NCBI GenBank assembly: GCA_043812655.1
Contig: JBDRLW010000030.1
Location: 39,829-103,828 of the forward strand
Reading direction: 5' to 3'
Origin: a bacterium
Lineage (GTDB): Bacteria > Margulisbacteria > WOR-1 > O2-12-FULL-45-9 > XYB2-FULL-48-7
DNA length: 64,000 nucleotides
The position numbers and the translations under genes are program-made. The notes under the pieces were generated by a model. It ran no database searches, was not told where the DNA came from, and worked only from the letters and a program-made list of their open reading frames with translations. Below, in pieces: positions 63,343 through 64,000 of the stretch (its first letter is position 1; every line of letters starts with the position of its first letter).

Positions 63343-64000
63343 ATGAATAATATTAATGCCGTAACGGATTTTATTGTTAAATTAGCCTTAGCCGAAGATA
63401 TCGGGTCGGGAGATATTACAACGCGAGCGATCATTCCACGAGAGGCCGAAGCCAAAGCGGTGATCATAGCTAAAGAAGACGGGATCATTGCCGGACTGCA
63501 CGTTATGGAAGCCGTTTTTCGCCACGTTGACCGGCGGATCAAAGTTAAAGCCAAAAGAGAAGACGGCTCGGCCGTCAAGAAAGGGAAGATTGTTGCGGTT
63601 CTTTCCGGTCCAGCCGCAGGCATAATTACAGGAGAGAGAGTTGCCTTAAACTTTTTACAGCATCTTTCTGGGGTAGCGACGCTGACGGGCAAATTCAAGA
63701 CAAAAACTTCAAAATTCAAAAAGAAAGCGAAGGTCATCGATACCAGAAAAACCACCCCGGGTTTGCGGCTGCTCGAAAAATACGCGGTTAAATTGGGCGG
63801 TGGAGAAAACCACCGGCTTGGCCTTTACGACGCGATCTTAATTAAAGATAACCATATTAAAAGCGCAGGCGGCATTGGCAAGGCTGTTGCCAAGGTTAAA
63901 GGCGCAGGGAATAGCGGGATAGGGGGTAGGGGAATAGAAGTTGAAGCCAAGACTATTGCTGAAGTTAAAGACGCAATAAAGGCAAAGGCTGACAGGATAT
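63343..64000 (+). CDS. nadC: nicotinate-nucleotide (quinolinate) pyrophosphorylase, 5' part (runs off the window end)
   Basis: MNNINAVTDFIVKLALAEDIGSGDITT…ERVALNFLQHLSGVAT…DTRKTTPGLR… Not in the ORF track because there is no in-window stop. Confidence 0.8.
   Translation, partial: MNNINAVTDFIVKLALAEDIGSGDITTRAIIPREAEAKAVIIAKEDGIIAGLHVMEAVFRHVDRRIKVKAKREDGSAVKKGKIVAVLSGPAAGIITGERVALNFLQHLSGVATLTGKFKTKTSKFKKKAKVIDTRKTTPGLRLLEKYAVKLGGGENHRLGLYDAILIKDNHIKSAGGIGKAVAKVKGAGNSGIGGRGIEVEAKTIAEVKDAIKAKADRI

Overview
This 64 kb window is chromosomal DNA from an unclassified diderm (Gram-negative-type) bacterium with roughly 50% GC. It contains lpxC, a fabZ-lpxA fusion, lpxB, lpxD, skp, an AsmA-family protein and outer-membrane proteins ending in a C-terminal Phe. 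Most of it is housekeeping and spans the replication-initiation neighbourhood: rpmH-rnpA-yidD-yidC-jag-mnmE on the minus strand, diverging from dnaA-dnaN-DUF721(DciA-like)-gyrB-gyrA on the plus strand. There is an AT-rich intergenic region between dnaA and dnaN carrying several degenerate DnaA boxes that is a candidate oriC. Other blocks are: (1) the acyl-CoA dehydrogenase 3' end, etfB and a ferredoxin-fused etfA, followed by a fabD-fabG-acpP-fabK-fabF cluster; two low-GC insertions interrupt this block and carry orphan ORFs, a YhcG/DUF1016 PD-(D/E)XK nuclease and a shared poly-C promoter module; (2) a 1349-aa repeat-containing outer-membrane protein convergent with an S8 subtilase; (3) a tRNA-Tyr locus with a small GIY-YIG gene wedged between a duplicated 5' tRNA fragment and the intact tRNA; (4) tRNA-Thr-tuf, VanW, lpxC, fabZ::lpxA and lpxB, then a DegT aminotransferase plus a Gfo/Idh/MocA oxidoreductase that look like GnnB/GnnA (UDP-GlcNAc3N for lipid A); (5) gcvT-gcvH-gcvPA without gcvPB, and two tandem uncharacterised paralogs; (6) hisC, an outer-membrane protein, a GT4 glycosyltransferase, lpxD, skp, mnmG, then a wHTH plus nucleotidyltransferase (AbiE-like) pair and a PAS membrane protein; (7) pyrH-frr-uppS-cdsA-nadC. 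I found no CRISPR array, rRNA, integrase or transposase. The noncoding signals worth following up are four CACGTG-centred 16-18 bp palindromes around mnmE/jag/yidC, two perfect DnaA boxes abutting the folD start, related palindromes in the etf/fab intergenic regions, and in-frame palindromic or low-complexity insertions in mnmG and lpxB. No single clearly novel multi-gene system stands out; the strongest candidates are listed in the findings with honest confidence.
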